Below, piece after piece: positions 8,741 through 18,033 of a DNA stretch of 64,000 nt. The stretch comes from an uncultured Gemmatimonadales bacterium (lineage in GTDB: Bacteria; Gemmatimonadota; Gemmatimonadetes; Gemmatimonadales; GWC2-71-9): contig CAVOOB010000001.1 in assembly GCA_963697435.1 (NCBI GenBank), positions 142,276 through 206,275 of the forward strand. Reading direction: 5' to 3'. The notes beneath the pieces are model-generated. The model was not told the DNA's origin, made no database searches, and was given only the letters and a program-made list of their open reading frames with translations. The position numbers and the translations under genes were made by a program. Each line of letters opens with the position of its first letter. Position 1 is the stretch's first letter.

Positions 8741-9172
8741 GTGGAGAAAGGTGCATTGACCATGTCCTACGATCCTCAGCGGCGGCGGCGCGGGTCCACC
8801 GCCGCGGCAGCGCCTTGGGCCGGATGCTCGCTGCCTGACCTGCGGGATCGCCGACCCCACGGTGCTCATGACCCGTCGCGCGCGTTTTTCGAGCGGCACC
8901 ATGTGCTCGGCAAGGCCCACGCCCCGGACCTCACGGTCGCGGTGTGTCGGAATTGTCACGCCATTCTCTCGGCACATCAAAGCGACGACGCCGTCCCCCT
9001 CGAGCCGCAGCCCACGATGCTGGAGCGAATCGTCGCCATCCTCCAGGCACTGATCACGTTTTTCAAAGACCTCGCGGATTTCTTACTCGCCTTGGCGCTC
9101 TGCCTGGTCCAGTTCATCATCGGGCTCGACGCCCACGCTCCGACCTGGAGGAATCAACCATGGGCTCGCTAA
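8741..9172 (+). pseudogene. HNH endonuclease, 1-2 frameshifts
   Basis: Frame 0 reads ARCLTCGIADPTVLMTRRARF. The ORF 8741 frame reads FERHHVLGKAHAPDLTVAVCRNCHAILSAHQ. Together these give the Cys pair plus HH..N..CH HNH pattern. The shift is at the T5 run near 8886-8890. Confidence 0.65.
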
Positions 9173-12100
9173 AGCAGAGTGTTCTTCGGGTGGCCCTTCG
9201 GGCCTGGATTGCCCGGGTCGATCGACCGGTAAAGGCGCCGTACAAGCCGTCTGTGCTCCCGTGGCCGAAGCACGTGCTGGTGCTGGACACGGAAACGACC
9301 ACCGACGCTGTACAGCGCCTGTTGTTCGGGAGCTGGCGTCTCGGCATCTTCGGCGAGCATGGAGAGTTCGAGTGTCTGGAGGAGGGACTGATCCACGCCG
9401 ACGATCTCGCCACGCGGGATCCGGTCGGCTGGGCGCGGCTCCAGGAGTACTGACGAACGCATCGTCCTGCGACGCGGAATCTTCGGCGGGCGGAGCTTCT
9501 GCTCCTCTCCCGTCGGGAGTTCGTCAACGACCGACTCTGGAAGGCCCTCGATGGCGGCACGCTCATCGTCGGCTACAACTTGGCCTTCGATCTGACGCGG
9601 CTCGCCATCGGGGTGGGCGCGTCCCGGCATCCCATGTTCCAGGGCGGCTTCTCAGTGCCCCTCTTCGAGTACGAGGAGCAGGGCAAGTGGGTGGAGAACA
9701 AGCACCGGCCCCGCATCCGGATGAAGGCGATCGACAGCAAGCGGACGCTGATGGGGACCACCCGGCGCGTCGGCGCCCGACCTGAGGAGAAGCGCCAAGT
9801 CCTGGAGGGGCTGGGCCGGCTCCTCGACCTCAAGCATCTCACCTTCGCCCTGACCGACCGTCATCTCAGCCTGGCGAAGGCCGCCGAGACCTTCGGGCTG
9901 GAGGTCGGCAAGCTCGACGTCGAAGAACATGGCGTGATCACCGAGCACTACATCGACTACAATCGCCGCGACGTGGAGGTCACGTCGCTGCTCCTGGAAG
10001 CGGTGCGGGCCGAGTGGGTTCGCCATCCCGGTGGCCCTCTCGCCCGACAAGGTGATGTCGCCCGCCAGGTCTCGGAAAAGGCTATCTCCGGGCCATGGGG
10101 ATCGTCCCACCCGGGCGGAAGTTCAGCGACATCGGGGACACCGTGCACGGGCTCTGCATGACTGCCTACTTCGGCGGACGCACCGAGGTCCGCATTCGGC
10201 GCCAAGTCGTGCCGGTCATCTACGTCGACTTTCTCTCGATGTACCCCACGGTGAATGCCCTCATCGGGCTCTGGCGCATGCTCACCGCCGAGCGAATCAA
10301 GATCCAGGCCGCCACGGAGGAGGTGCGGAAGCTCCTGGCCGGGATCACTCTCGAGCGCTGCTTTCGAGAAGGCTTTCTGGGGAGATCTGCGGTTCTTTGC
10401 CAAGATCCGCCCGAACGGTGACATCCTCCCGGTGCGGGCGTCCTACGGCCCGACCGAGGACAACACCACCATCGGCGTCAATCCGTTCAGCAGCGCGATC
10501 CCGGTCTGGGTCGCGGGGCCGGATCTCGTCGCATCCGTGCTGCTGACCGGCAAGCAACCGGAGGTCCTCGAGGCGATTCGGATCGTACCGGTGGGCCAGC
10601 AGACCAGGCTCGACCCCGGTGGAACTCCGAAGCCAGGTCCATTGATCCGAGGAAAGAGGACTTCTTCCAGCGGGTGATCGAGGAGCGGCAGCGCGCAAAG
10701 ACTCGGCGACCCGACCTCAGCGAGGAAGAGCGTGATCGGCTTGAACGCTTTCTGAAGGTGATGGCCAACAGTGCCAGCTACGGCGTCTACGCGGAACTGA
10801 ACCCACAGCCCACGCGCACCGGAGCCCCCGAGGCGGTGGAAGTGTATGGCCTCGACGGCATGTTCCCGACCACCACCGCCGCCCCAGAGGACCCAGGGGA
10901 GTTCTGCTTCCCACCCTTCGCGGCCCTGACCACCGCGGGAGCGCGGCTCATGTTGGCCCTGTTGGAGTGCGGCGTTCGAGAACTCGGTGGAGAGATCGCC
11001 TTTGGTGACACAGACAGTGCAGCGATCGTGGCTACGGAGGGTGGTGGTCTCGTCCCATGTTCTGGTGGGGCGGACGTGCTCCCGGACGGTCAGGCCGCGG
11101 TGCGTGCCCTGAGCTGGGGGCAGGTGCAGGCACTCTCAGCAAGGTTCCGCGAGCTGAGCCCGTACAATCGCGACTACGTCCCTGGATCGATTCTCAAGAT
11201 TGAGGATGTGAACTTCGTCCCTGGGACCGAGACGTCACGTCAGCTCTTCGCCTTTGCCATCTCGGCCAAGCGTTATGCCCTGTTCGTCCGAGGGGTCGAC
11301 GGGGCCATTGAGGTCGAAAACGCGAAAGAACATGGGCTGGGGCATTTGCTCTGGCCCACACGGGGCACCCGAACCGAGGCAGAAGAGGTAGAAGATCGCA
11401 AGAAGGGCCGTCAGTGGATTCGGGATGTCTGGAAGGCACTGATCCGGGAGTCAGAAGGGGAGGAATTCCTCCTGCCCCAATGGGCAGACAGGCCGGCTCT
11501 TGCCCGGGTCACGGTAAGTACCGTCGGCATACTCCTCACCTTTGACAACCTGAACGATGAGAAGTCCTACGACGACTCTGTGAAGCCGATGAATTTCCTC
11601 CTGAGCCCCACGGTGGCCCGGTTCGGGCATCCAGCGGGAGCGAACCCCGAACGGTTCCACCTGCTCGGCAGCTACGAAACCGACCCAGATCGATGGCTGG
11701 ACATGACCTGGTACGAGAAGTACTCTGGCCAGACCTACCGGATTGGGGTCGGCCGGGAGACGCCTGGAGATCGGGTACAGGTGCGGTCCTACCGGGATGT
11801 CATCTTGGAGTACCGGGTCCACCCGGAAGCGAAGAGTCTCGACGCCAACGGCGAGCTCTGCGCCCAAGCGACCTGTGGACTCCTCCAGCGCCGCCCGGTG
11901 GAGCTCGGAGAATTGGTCTACGTCGGGAAGGAGTCCAACGCGCTGGAACAGGTCCAACAGGGGCTCATACATGCCACGGCGGATGTGCGGACCACCTACC
12001 AGGTCAGCGACAAGACGCTGTGGGACTTGGTGTTCCTCCCCGCCATCCGCCGGATTCCGCTCCAGCAGTTGGCCAAGGCCACGGGTCGCGGTATCCGATT

Positions 12101-12326
12101 GATTCGCTTCTGGCGGAAAGGGGAACGTCAACCGTCCCTGGAGATGCTGGCACTGCTGAAGCTGATCGCTGCCCGCTGGGCTGCGTGGGCGATGAAACAG
12201 CCGCGTATGTCCCCGGAGGATCGTGAAGTGGCCCTCCGCGTGCTGGCCGCGGCTCCAACGGCACCCCGCCGCGCAGCGAAGCCACCGGCGCACCCCAAGA
12301 AGGTTCGCCGCAAGTCCGCGAGGTAG
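9160..12326 (+). pseudogene. polB: Family B DNA polymerase (~1055 codons); N-terminal half broken, C-terminal 550 aa intact
   Basis: Motifs: ExoI VLVLDTETT, ExoII LIVGYNLAFDL, ExoIII YIDYNRRDVE, motif A YVDFLSMYPT, motif B KVMANSASYGVYAE, motif C AFGDTDSAAI. There is an in-frame TGA at 9451..9453. Frame changes lie near ~10028, ~10068, ~10360 and ~10620. ATG 9160 follows a GGAGGA RBS. Confidence 0.85.
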
Positions 12327-12346
12327 CACTGTTCAGACTCGAGGGG

Positions 12347-12374
12347 CTGCTCCCAGGCAGGCGCCTGGGAGCGG
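12347..12374 (+). terminator. GC-rich hairpin after polB
   Basis: ctcccaggc (12350..12358) pairs with gcctgggag (12363..12371), and the stem can be extended by 3 more pairs. No U-tract follows. Confidence 0.4.
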
Positions 12375-12520
12375 TTCTCGCTAAGCGTTCCGCGCCTCCT
12401 GACGGGGCCCGGACGGCCACTCATATTAACCCCTCGCGTGGTCCTATTGAGGTGAAGTCGACTTGATACTAGGGCCGCACGACAGATCAGGCAGGAGTCA
12501 GTGTCGACCGCTCTAGACTG

Positions 12521-13156
12521 CTATGATGCTGATTGGCCGAGCCGGAACGGTTGGAGATTGTCGGCGTCGATGCCTTCATCCCCGATACCTGTGCGGAACA
12601 GAGGAATGCCGAGGCGCTCGCAAACGATCTTCAGTGCATCGCAAACTGCGGGTGCCATTCTGTGACCAGCAATGACCCGCCGAATGGGTCGATCGAGCTG
12701 GTACCATGTTTCGTGTGCAAGGACGCGTACTTCGCGTTCATAGCTCCACTCACTGTACTTTGATGATAGGACTTGATTTGCGACGCTCTCCGGATCAATA
12801 GCACCGGCAATTGGGACGTACGCCGCGATGCCGCGATAGGTCACCTTTCGAATCCGTTGATCATCCTCCGGAAGGTCGACCTCCACCGCGAGCCCGGAAA
12901 AACCAGATGCGTAATGAGCCCACAGTAGATGACAGTCGAACGTTTGAGACAATGCACAGACCTTGATCCGCTTCTTCTCCTTGATGATCGCGTTCACCTG
13001 CTCCACCGGATCCAGCTCATTTCTAGTTGATGTGACGAACATGCCCTCCATTGGGTCGTTTAGCGCAGCCCAATCACTGCAGCGCAAGCGCCGCTTGATC
13101 AAGATGTCCATGGCAAACCCAAACTGGTCTGCCGAGCGAAACTTGTAGGCAATCAT
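12521..13156 (-). CDS. DUF2971 family protein
   Basis: 211 aa. MIAYKFRS...LRCSDWAALNDPMEG and CALSQTFDCHLLWAHYASGFSGLAVEV match the DUF2971 pattern from memory (YKY...fs....NDP.E; ..S......mWshYa....G). A/T-richer region. Confidence 0.65.
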   Translation of the reverse strand: MIAYKFRSADQFGFAMDILIKRRLRCSDWAALNDPMEGMFVTSTRNELDPVEQVNAIIKEKKRIKVCALSQTFDCHLLWAHYASGFSGLAVEVDLPEDDQRIRKVTYRGIAAYVPIAGAIDPESVANQVLSSKYSEWSYEREVRVLAHETWYQLDRPIRRVIAGHRMAPAVCDALKIVCERLGIPLFRTGIGDEGIDADNLQPFRLGQSAS

Positions 13157-13226
13157 TCATCGCTCTGTGTTTTCCACGCCGAACAGTACGTGGGTGGGTC
13201 GGAGAGGCCAGATGCGCATTGTAGGG

Positions 13227-13928
13227 CTACATAGGGTCGCTTAGCATTGTGGTCCTGTACTCTACTCCGTTCACCCCATAGAGCGCGGATGTCTCGGCTG
13301 CGAGGTTAGCTGCGGAGAATAGCATGACGTTTGTGCCGCCTGGTGCAAGTGAGCTATCGTAGACTATGCCAGCACATCCTGCGTCTCTGACCTCATCGGC
13401 AAGTTTCTGACTGGCGAGGTAACCCGAAGGATCCTCGTGGTGCACCGGGCGACCGAGAAGAAATACCAAGTACTGGAGGGTAGGTGTATTCGGTGCCGTT
13501 CGTTCTCCGCTTGTAAGGTCGACCACTTCAACGATTGATGTAGTACGAAACGTAGCCACCGTGATTCGAGCCCGAGCCCAGGGCCGCATCTCGGCGACAG
13601 CAGCGTCGAAGGAGAGTGCGCCATAAAATACGGGTACACCTTTCCGACTGAGGCGCGCAACGGCTGCGCGTTCCGGCGGCGGCGGGCCCATCTCCGAAAC
13701 CGCGTAGGGTCCAGTGACGTTCGCCTCGTGCTCGGGCGGCATCAGGCGGGCACGCTCGATCGTCTGTCCAACGGGCATGGTGCGCCGGCGGCTGATCGCT
13801 TCTGAAACTAGCGAAAACCAGAACCGGGGATCCGGAGGTGGCAGGTTGTCGCGAAGGGCGTCGGAGAGGTTGTTCCAGGCCACAGCCTGGCGCAGCAGGG
13901 CAAGATCAATATCTCCGTCAGATTCCAT
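13227..13928 (-). CDS. RES domain protein (NAD+-targeting toxin family) with a ~70-aa N-terminal extension
   Basis: 233 aa. ARLSRKGVPVFYGALSFDAAVAEM carries the R and E elements. YLASQKLADEVRDAGCAGIVYDSSLAPGGTNVMLF carries the S element. No Xre/ParS-type antitoxin gene is adjacent. Confidence 0.65.
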   Translation of the reverse strand: MESDGDIDLALLRQAVAWNNLSDALRDNLPPPDPRFWFSLVSEAISRRRTMPVGQTIERARLMPPEHEANVTGPYAVSEMGPPPPERAAVARLSRKGVPVFYGALSFDAAVAEMRPWARARITVATFRTTSIVEVVDLTSGERTAPNTPTLQYLVFLLGRPVHHEDPSGYLASQKLADEVRDAGCAGIVYDSSLAPGGTNVMLFSAANLAAETSALYGVNGVEYRTTMLSDPM

Positions 13929-14077
13929 AGATCACACCTAGGGTGATTGTAATGACATCTGACGGTCCATTGGCCACTTATGCGGGTGTTCTTCCAGTCC
14001 TACCCTCAGGCCCTTGGGAGCAAATGCTGATTAGGGTCGGACGGGTCAACGAAGTCAGCTCAGAAGTGGGCTATCGC

Positions 14078-17000
14078 CTAAGGTACCTTGAACGAGAGCG
14101 ATCCTACGACGCCGGCGGGTGCCAAGGCTACAAACGTCGAACCAGTACCAAGCTCTCCGTTAGAATTCGCGCCCCAACAATAGGCAAAGCCCGCAATCGT
14201 CACGCCACATGTATACCCAGCCCCACCGCTCATAGTAGCGAATTGCAGCCCCCCGGCCACCGGCGTAGGCGAATACACCCAACCTCCCAGTCCGTCACCA
14301 ATTCCTTTGGGGCCTCCCCAACAGCTCGCTTCGCCGGAGACAGCTATTGCACAGGAGTGCCAACCCCCCACTGAAACCTGTGAGAACTGAAGAGGTGATG
14401 AGATGACTGCAGGTGTGTCCCTGCTGATCGTGGTCCCATCACCCAGCTCGCCATTAGTATTGGCCCCCCAACACAGGACACCTCCTGCCTGTGTTAGCAC
14501 ACAAGCGTGCGCACCACCGAACGCGATATCGACAACAGACGGCAAACCCAATACGCGCGATGGAGTATCAGTGAAAGCTCCGTTGCCGGGACCAAGCTGT
14601 CCAGAAGAGTTGTTTCCCCAGCAATACACGTCTCCCGCAACCGTCAAGCCACACGCAGAGACACCCGAGGCACGAATGAGTTCAAATGTGAGACCACCAG
14701 AGACGAGAGAAGGTAAGGAGCGCGATTCCTGAGCTGCATCACCCAATTCACCTTCTAGACCCCTGCCCCAGCAATAGCCTTCCCCCCTACTCGTCACACC
14801 ACACGAGAATTGCCCGCCAGGTGAGGTCTCTATAGTGCGAAAGTAGTGGCCACCAGCGACTGGAACTGGTGAAGGTCTGCTGGTTGTGGTGCCATCTCCC
14901 AATTGTCCCTTGGAGTTGTCGCCCCAACAAAGTGCGCCTCCATCAACAGCCAACCCGCACACATGGCTCCCTGGAGTAGTCACCGCTGCAAACCGGAGCC
15001 CGCCTGCCGCAAGTACTGGTGTGACTGCTGGTAGGGTAGAGACAGAGCCGTTTCCAAAAACACCGTAGCCGTTGTACCCCCAACAGTACAGTTCAGCGCT
15101 CACTACAATGCCACAAGTCACACTGCTTCCTGCTCGCAACCAGTTTCCTTGTGTCGCTACCGTTGCGGCGACAAACTCCACTTGATCCAAAGGGGCACCG
15201 GAAATGGCGACACGAACAACAGTCGTCTCGTTGTCGGTTGGCCCGAGCACGATACTAGCTCCAGCCTCACCAGAGGCATCAGTGACGGCGACCGTGCTAT
15301 CAATACCATCGAATCGCCCGGATCCGGACGTCACGCGGAAGACCACCGCCGCTCCTGGCACGAGATTGTCGAAAGTATCGCGAACTTCGACTCTCATTGG
15401 GGCTAGGTGCATGCCTGGAGCTCCGACCATTTGGCTATCACCTGCCACCTTTGTCATCTGAGTGGGCGTTCCTACCGTCACCGCAAAACCACTACTGGTC
15501 GCGCTTGTCAGACCGGTGGCGGTGGCGGTCAGGGTGTAACCAGTCCCTACCTTGTCAAGCTTCAAGTCGCTAAAGGTCGCGACGCCACTCACCGCCGCCT
15601 GGGTCACCGTGCCGCTGAGCACAGCTCCCGCTGTACCGGTCCCACCAGTGATGGCCAGCGTGATACTCGCCGTCGAGCTCGTCACCGTGTTACCGGAGGC
15701 GTCTCGCACCGTCACGACGACAGCTGGCGTCATGGCGACCCCAGCAGCCACGCTCGTCGGCTCCACAGTGAAGCCCATTTGCGTAGGTGCTCCTGCCGTC
15801 ACCGCAAAACCACTACTGGTCGCGCTTGTCAGACCGGTGGCGGTGGCGGTCAGGGTGTAACCAGTCCCTACCTTGTCAAGCTTCAAGTCGCTAAAGGTCG
15901 CGACGCCACTCACCGCCGCCTGGGTCACCGTGCCGCTGAGCACGGCTCCCGCTGTACCGGTCCCACCAGTGATGGCCAGCGTGATACTCGCCGTCGAGCT
16001 CGTCACCGTGTTACCGGAGGCGTCTCGCACCGTCACGACGACAGCTGGCGTCATGGCGACCCCAGCAGCCACGCTCGTCGGCTCCACAGTGAAGCCCATT
16101 TGCGTAGGTGCTCCTGCCGTCACCGCAAAACCACTACTGGTCGCGCTTGTCAGACCGGTGGCGGTGGCGGTCAGGGTGTAACCAGTCCCTACCTTGTCAA
16201 GCTTCAAGTCGCTAAAGGTCGCGACGCCACTCACCGCCGCCTGGGTCACCGTGCCGCTGAGCACAGCTCCCGCTGTACCGGTCCCACCAGTGATGGCCAG
16301 CGTGATACTCGCCGTCGAGCTCGTCACCGTGTTACCGGAGGCGTCTCGCACCGTCACGACGACAGCTGGCGTCATGGCGACCCCAGCAGCCACGCTCGTC
16401 GGCTCCACAGTGAAGCCCATTTGCGTAGGTGCTCCTGCCGTCACCGCAAAACCACTACTGGTCGCGCTTGTCAGACCGGTGGCGGTGGCGGTCAGGGTGT
16501 AACCAGTCCCTACCTTGTCAAGCTTCAAGTCGCTAAAGGTCGCGACGCCACTCACCGCCGCCTGGGTCACCGTGCCGCTGAGCACGGCTCCCGCTGTACC
16601 GGTCCCACCAGTGATGGCCAGCGTGATACTCGCCGTCGAGCTCGTCACCGTGTTACCGGAGGCGTCTCGCACCGTCACGACGACAGCTGGCGTCATGGCG
16701 ACCCCAGCAGCCACGCTCGTCGGCTCCACAGTGAAGCCCATTTGCGTAGGTGCTCCTGCCGTCACCGCAAAACCACTACTGGTCGCGCTTGTCAGACCGG
16801 TGGCGGTGGCGGTCAGGGTGTAACCAGTCCCTACCTTGTCAAGCTTCAAGTCGCTAAAGGTCGCGACGCCACTCACCGCCGCCTGGGTCACCGTGCCGCT
16901 GAGCACGGCTCCCGCTGTACCGGTCCCACCAGTGATGGCCAGCGTGATACTCGCCGTCGAGCTCGTCACCGTGTTACCGGAGGCGTCTCGCACCGTCACG

Positions 17001-17884
17001 ACGACAGCTGGCGTCATGGCGACCCCAGCAGCCACGCTCGTCGGCTCCACAGTGAAGCCCATTTGCGTAGGTGCTCCTGCCGTCACCGCAAAACCACTAC
17101 TGGTCGCGCTTGTCAGACCGGTGGCGGTGGCGGTCAGGGTGTAACCAGTCCCTACCTTGTCAAGCTTCAAGTCGCTAAAGGTCGCGACGCCACTCACCGC
17201 CGCCTGGGTCACCGTGCCGCTGAGCACAGCTCCCGCTGTACCGGTCCCACCAGTGATGGCCAGCGTGATACTCGCCGTCGAGCTCGTCACCGTGTTACCG
17301 GAGGCGTCTCGCACCGTCACGACGACAGCTGGCGTCATGGCGACCCCAGCAGCCACGCTCGTCGGCTCCACAGTGAAGCCCATTTGCGTAGGTGCTCCTG
17401 CCGTCACCGCAAAACCACTACTGGTCGCGCTTGTCAGACCGGTGGCGGTGGCGGTCAGGGTGTAACCAGTCCCTACCTTGTCAAGCTTCAAGTCGCTAAA
17501 GGTCGCGACGCCACTCACCGCCGCCTGGGTCACCGTGCCGCTGAGCACGGCTCCCGCTGTACCGGTCCCACCAGTGATGGCCAGCGTGATACTCGCCGTC
17601 GAGCTCGTCACCGTGTTACCGGAGGCGTCTCGCACCGTCACGACGACAGCTGGCGTCATGGCGACCCCAGCAGCCACGCTCGTCGGCTGGATTGTGACAC
17701 CTAACTGTGTCGGTGTGGGCCCTACTGTTGGGGCGGTCGAGTCGGTGGTACCGCAAGCGGCACAGACTACCAGTGCAGTCAGGAATGGAAGGCGCACGAA
17801 ATCCAGCTTCCGGTGAGGGGGTTTACACGGATCCTGTCTAGGCGGGCCGCTCTCAGGGCACTGTCGGTGCCAACAGGGATCCAT
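14078..17884 (-). CDS. Large surface lipoprotein: 7 tandem Ig-like domains, 1 divergent Ig-like domain and a C-terminal 7-blade RCC1-like propeller
   Basis: Intact 1268-aa ORF. A more likely start is GTG 17797, giving MRLPFLTALVVCAACG. RCC1 signatures include CWGYNGYGVFGNG, CWGDNSKGQLGDGTT, CWGNNSSGQLGPG, CWGANTNGELGDGTT and CWGANSNGELGTGS. Confidence 0.85.
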   Translation of the reverse strand: MDPCWHRQCPESGPPRQDPCKPPHRKLDFVRLPFLTALVVCAACGTTDSTAPTVGPTPTQLGVTIQPTSVAAGVAMTPAVVVTVRDASGNTVTSSTASITLAITGGTGTAGAVLSGTVTQAAVSGVATFSDLKLDKVGTGYTLTATATGLTSATSSGFAVTAGAPTQMGFTVEPTSVAAGVAMTPAVVVTVRDASGNTVTSSTASITLAITGGTGTAGAVLSGTVTQAAVSGVATFSDLKLDKVGTGYTLTATATGLTSATSSGFAVTAGAPTQMGFTVEPTSVAAGVAMTPAVVVTVRDASGNTVTSSTASITLAITGGTGTAGAVLSGTVTQAAVSGVATFSDLKLDKVGTGYTLTATATGLTSATSSGFAVTAGAPTQMGFTVEPTSVAAGVAMTPAVVVTVRDASGNTVTSSTASITLAITGGTGTAGAVLSGTVTQAAVSGVATFSDLKLDKVGTGYTLTATATGLTSATSSGFAVTAGAPTQMGFTVEPTSVAAGVAMTPAVVVTVRDASGNTVTSSTASITLAITGGTGTAGAVLSGTVTQAAVSGVATFSDLKLDKVGTGYTLTATATGLTSATSSGFAVTAGAPTQMGFTVEPTSVAAGVAMTPAVVVTVRDASGNTVTSSTASITLAITGGTGTAGAVLSGTVTQAAVSGVATFSDLKLDKVGTGYTLTATATGLTSATSSGFAVTAGAPTQMGFTVEPTSVAAGVAMTPAVVVTVRDASGNTVTSSTASITLAITGGTGTAGAVLSGTVTQAAVSGVATFSDLKLDKVGTGYTLTATATGLTSATSSGFAVTVGTPTQMTKVAGDSQMVGAPGMHLAPMRVEVRDTFDNLVPGAAVVFRVTSGSGRFDGIDSTVAVTDASGEAGASIVLGPTDNETTVVRVAISGAPLDQVEFVAATVATQGNWLRAGSSVTCGIVVSAELYCWGYNGYGVFGNGSVSTLPAVTPVLAAGGLRFAAVTTPGSHVCGLAVDGGALCWGDNSKGQLGDGTTTSRPSPVPVAGGHYFRTIETSPGGQFSCGVTSRGEGYCWGRGLEGELGDAAQESRSLPSLVSGGLTFELIRASGVSACGLTVAGDVYCWGNNSSGQLGPGNGAFTDTPSRVLGLPSVVDIAFGGAHACVLTQAGGVLCWGANTNGELGDGTTISRDTPAVISSPLQFSQVSVGGWHSCAIAVSGEASCWGGPKGIGDGLGGWVYSPTPVAGGLQFATMSGGAGYTCGVTIAGFAYCWGANSNGELGTGSTFVALAPAGVVGSLSFKVP
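15476..17686. repeat. Seven tandem 321-bp (107-aa) near-identical repeats inside the 14078..17884 CDS
   Basis: Antisense shadow ORFs recur every 321 bp (15552, 15873, 16194, 16515, 16836, 17157, 17478). The only difference I could see among the copies is a synonymous A/G (gagcacAgctcc vs gagcacGgctcc) in the order A,G,A,G,G,A,G. Confidence 0.9.
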
Positions 17885-18033
17885 GGTGAGACACTATCGT
17901 CAATCTCCCGTCAATGGCCTGTAGCGCAAGCCCAAGGAGGGATGGTAATCCCTTCAAATGCACTCGGAATTAGAGCGAGAGTGAACTCCGAGGCACCATC
18001 TATCTCTTATCCCTGGACACGTTTGAGAGTTGG

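Larger units (their letters stand above)
5209..12480. mobile_element. Casposon-like element or relic: solo Cas1/casposase, unknown 362-aa gene, HTH, 172-aa gene, HNH nuclease, family B DNA polymerase
   Basis: The gene set matches the casposon signature. No cas2, other cas genes or CRISPR array occur anywhere in the window. The boundaries are tentative and rest on a weak inverted repeat (5209..5236 vs 12449..12480). Confidence 0.6.

Noticed and set aside
9451-9453. TGA recoding (selenocysteine or an alternative genetic code) in polB
   Set aside because: Many neighbouring genes clearly terminate at TGA, for example the GAF gene at 57884..57886 and the mini-ORF at 3820..3822. I saw no SECIS-like hairpin immediately downstream. 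The gene carries multiple other lesions.
12128-12424. Small minus-strand ORFs overlapping the polB 3' end and the right flank
   Set aside because: They are antisense to an intact, motif-bearing PolB C-terminal region and have no supporting features.
15407-17704. A 765-aa plus-strand ORF and seven 102-aa ORFs (15552, 15873, ... 17478) across the repeat array
   Set aside because: They are antisense shadows of the 14078..17884 CDS. They are Arg/His/Gly-rich low-complexity translations that merely inherit the 321-bp periodicity. The minus-strand product has a signal peptide and recognisable Ig-like and RCC1 domains.
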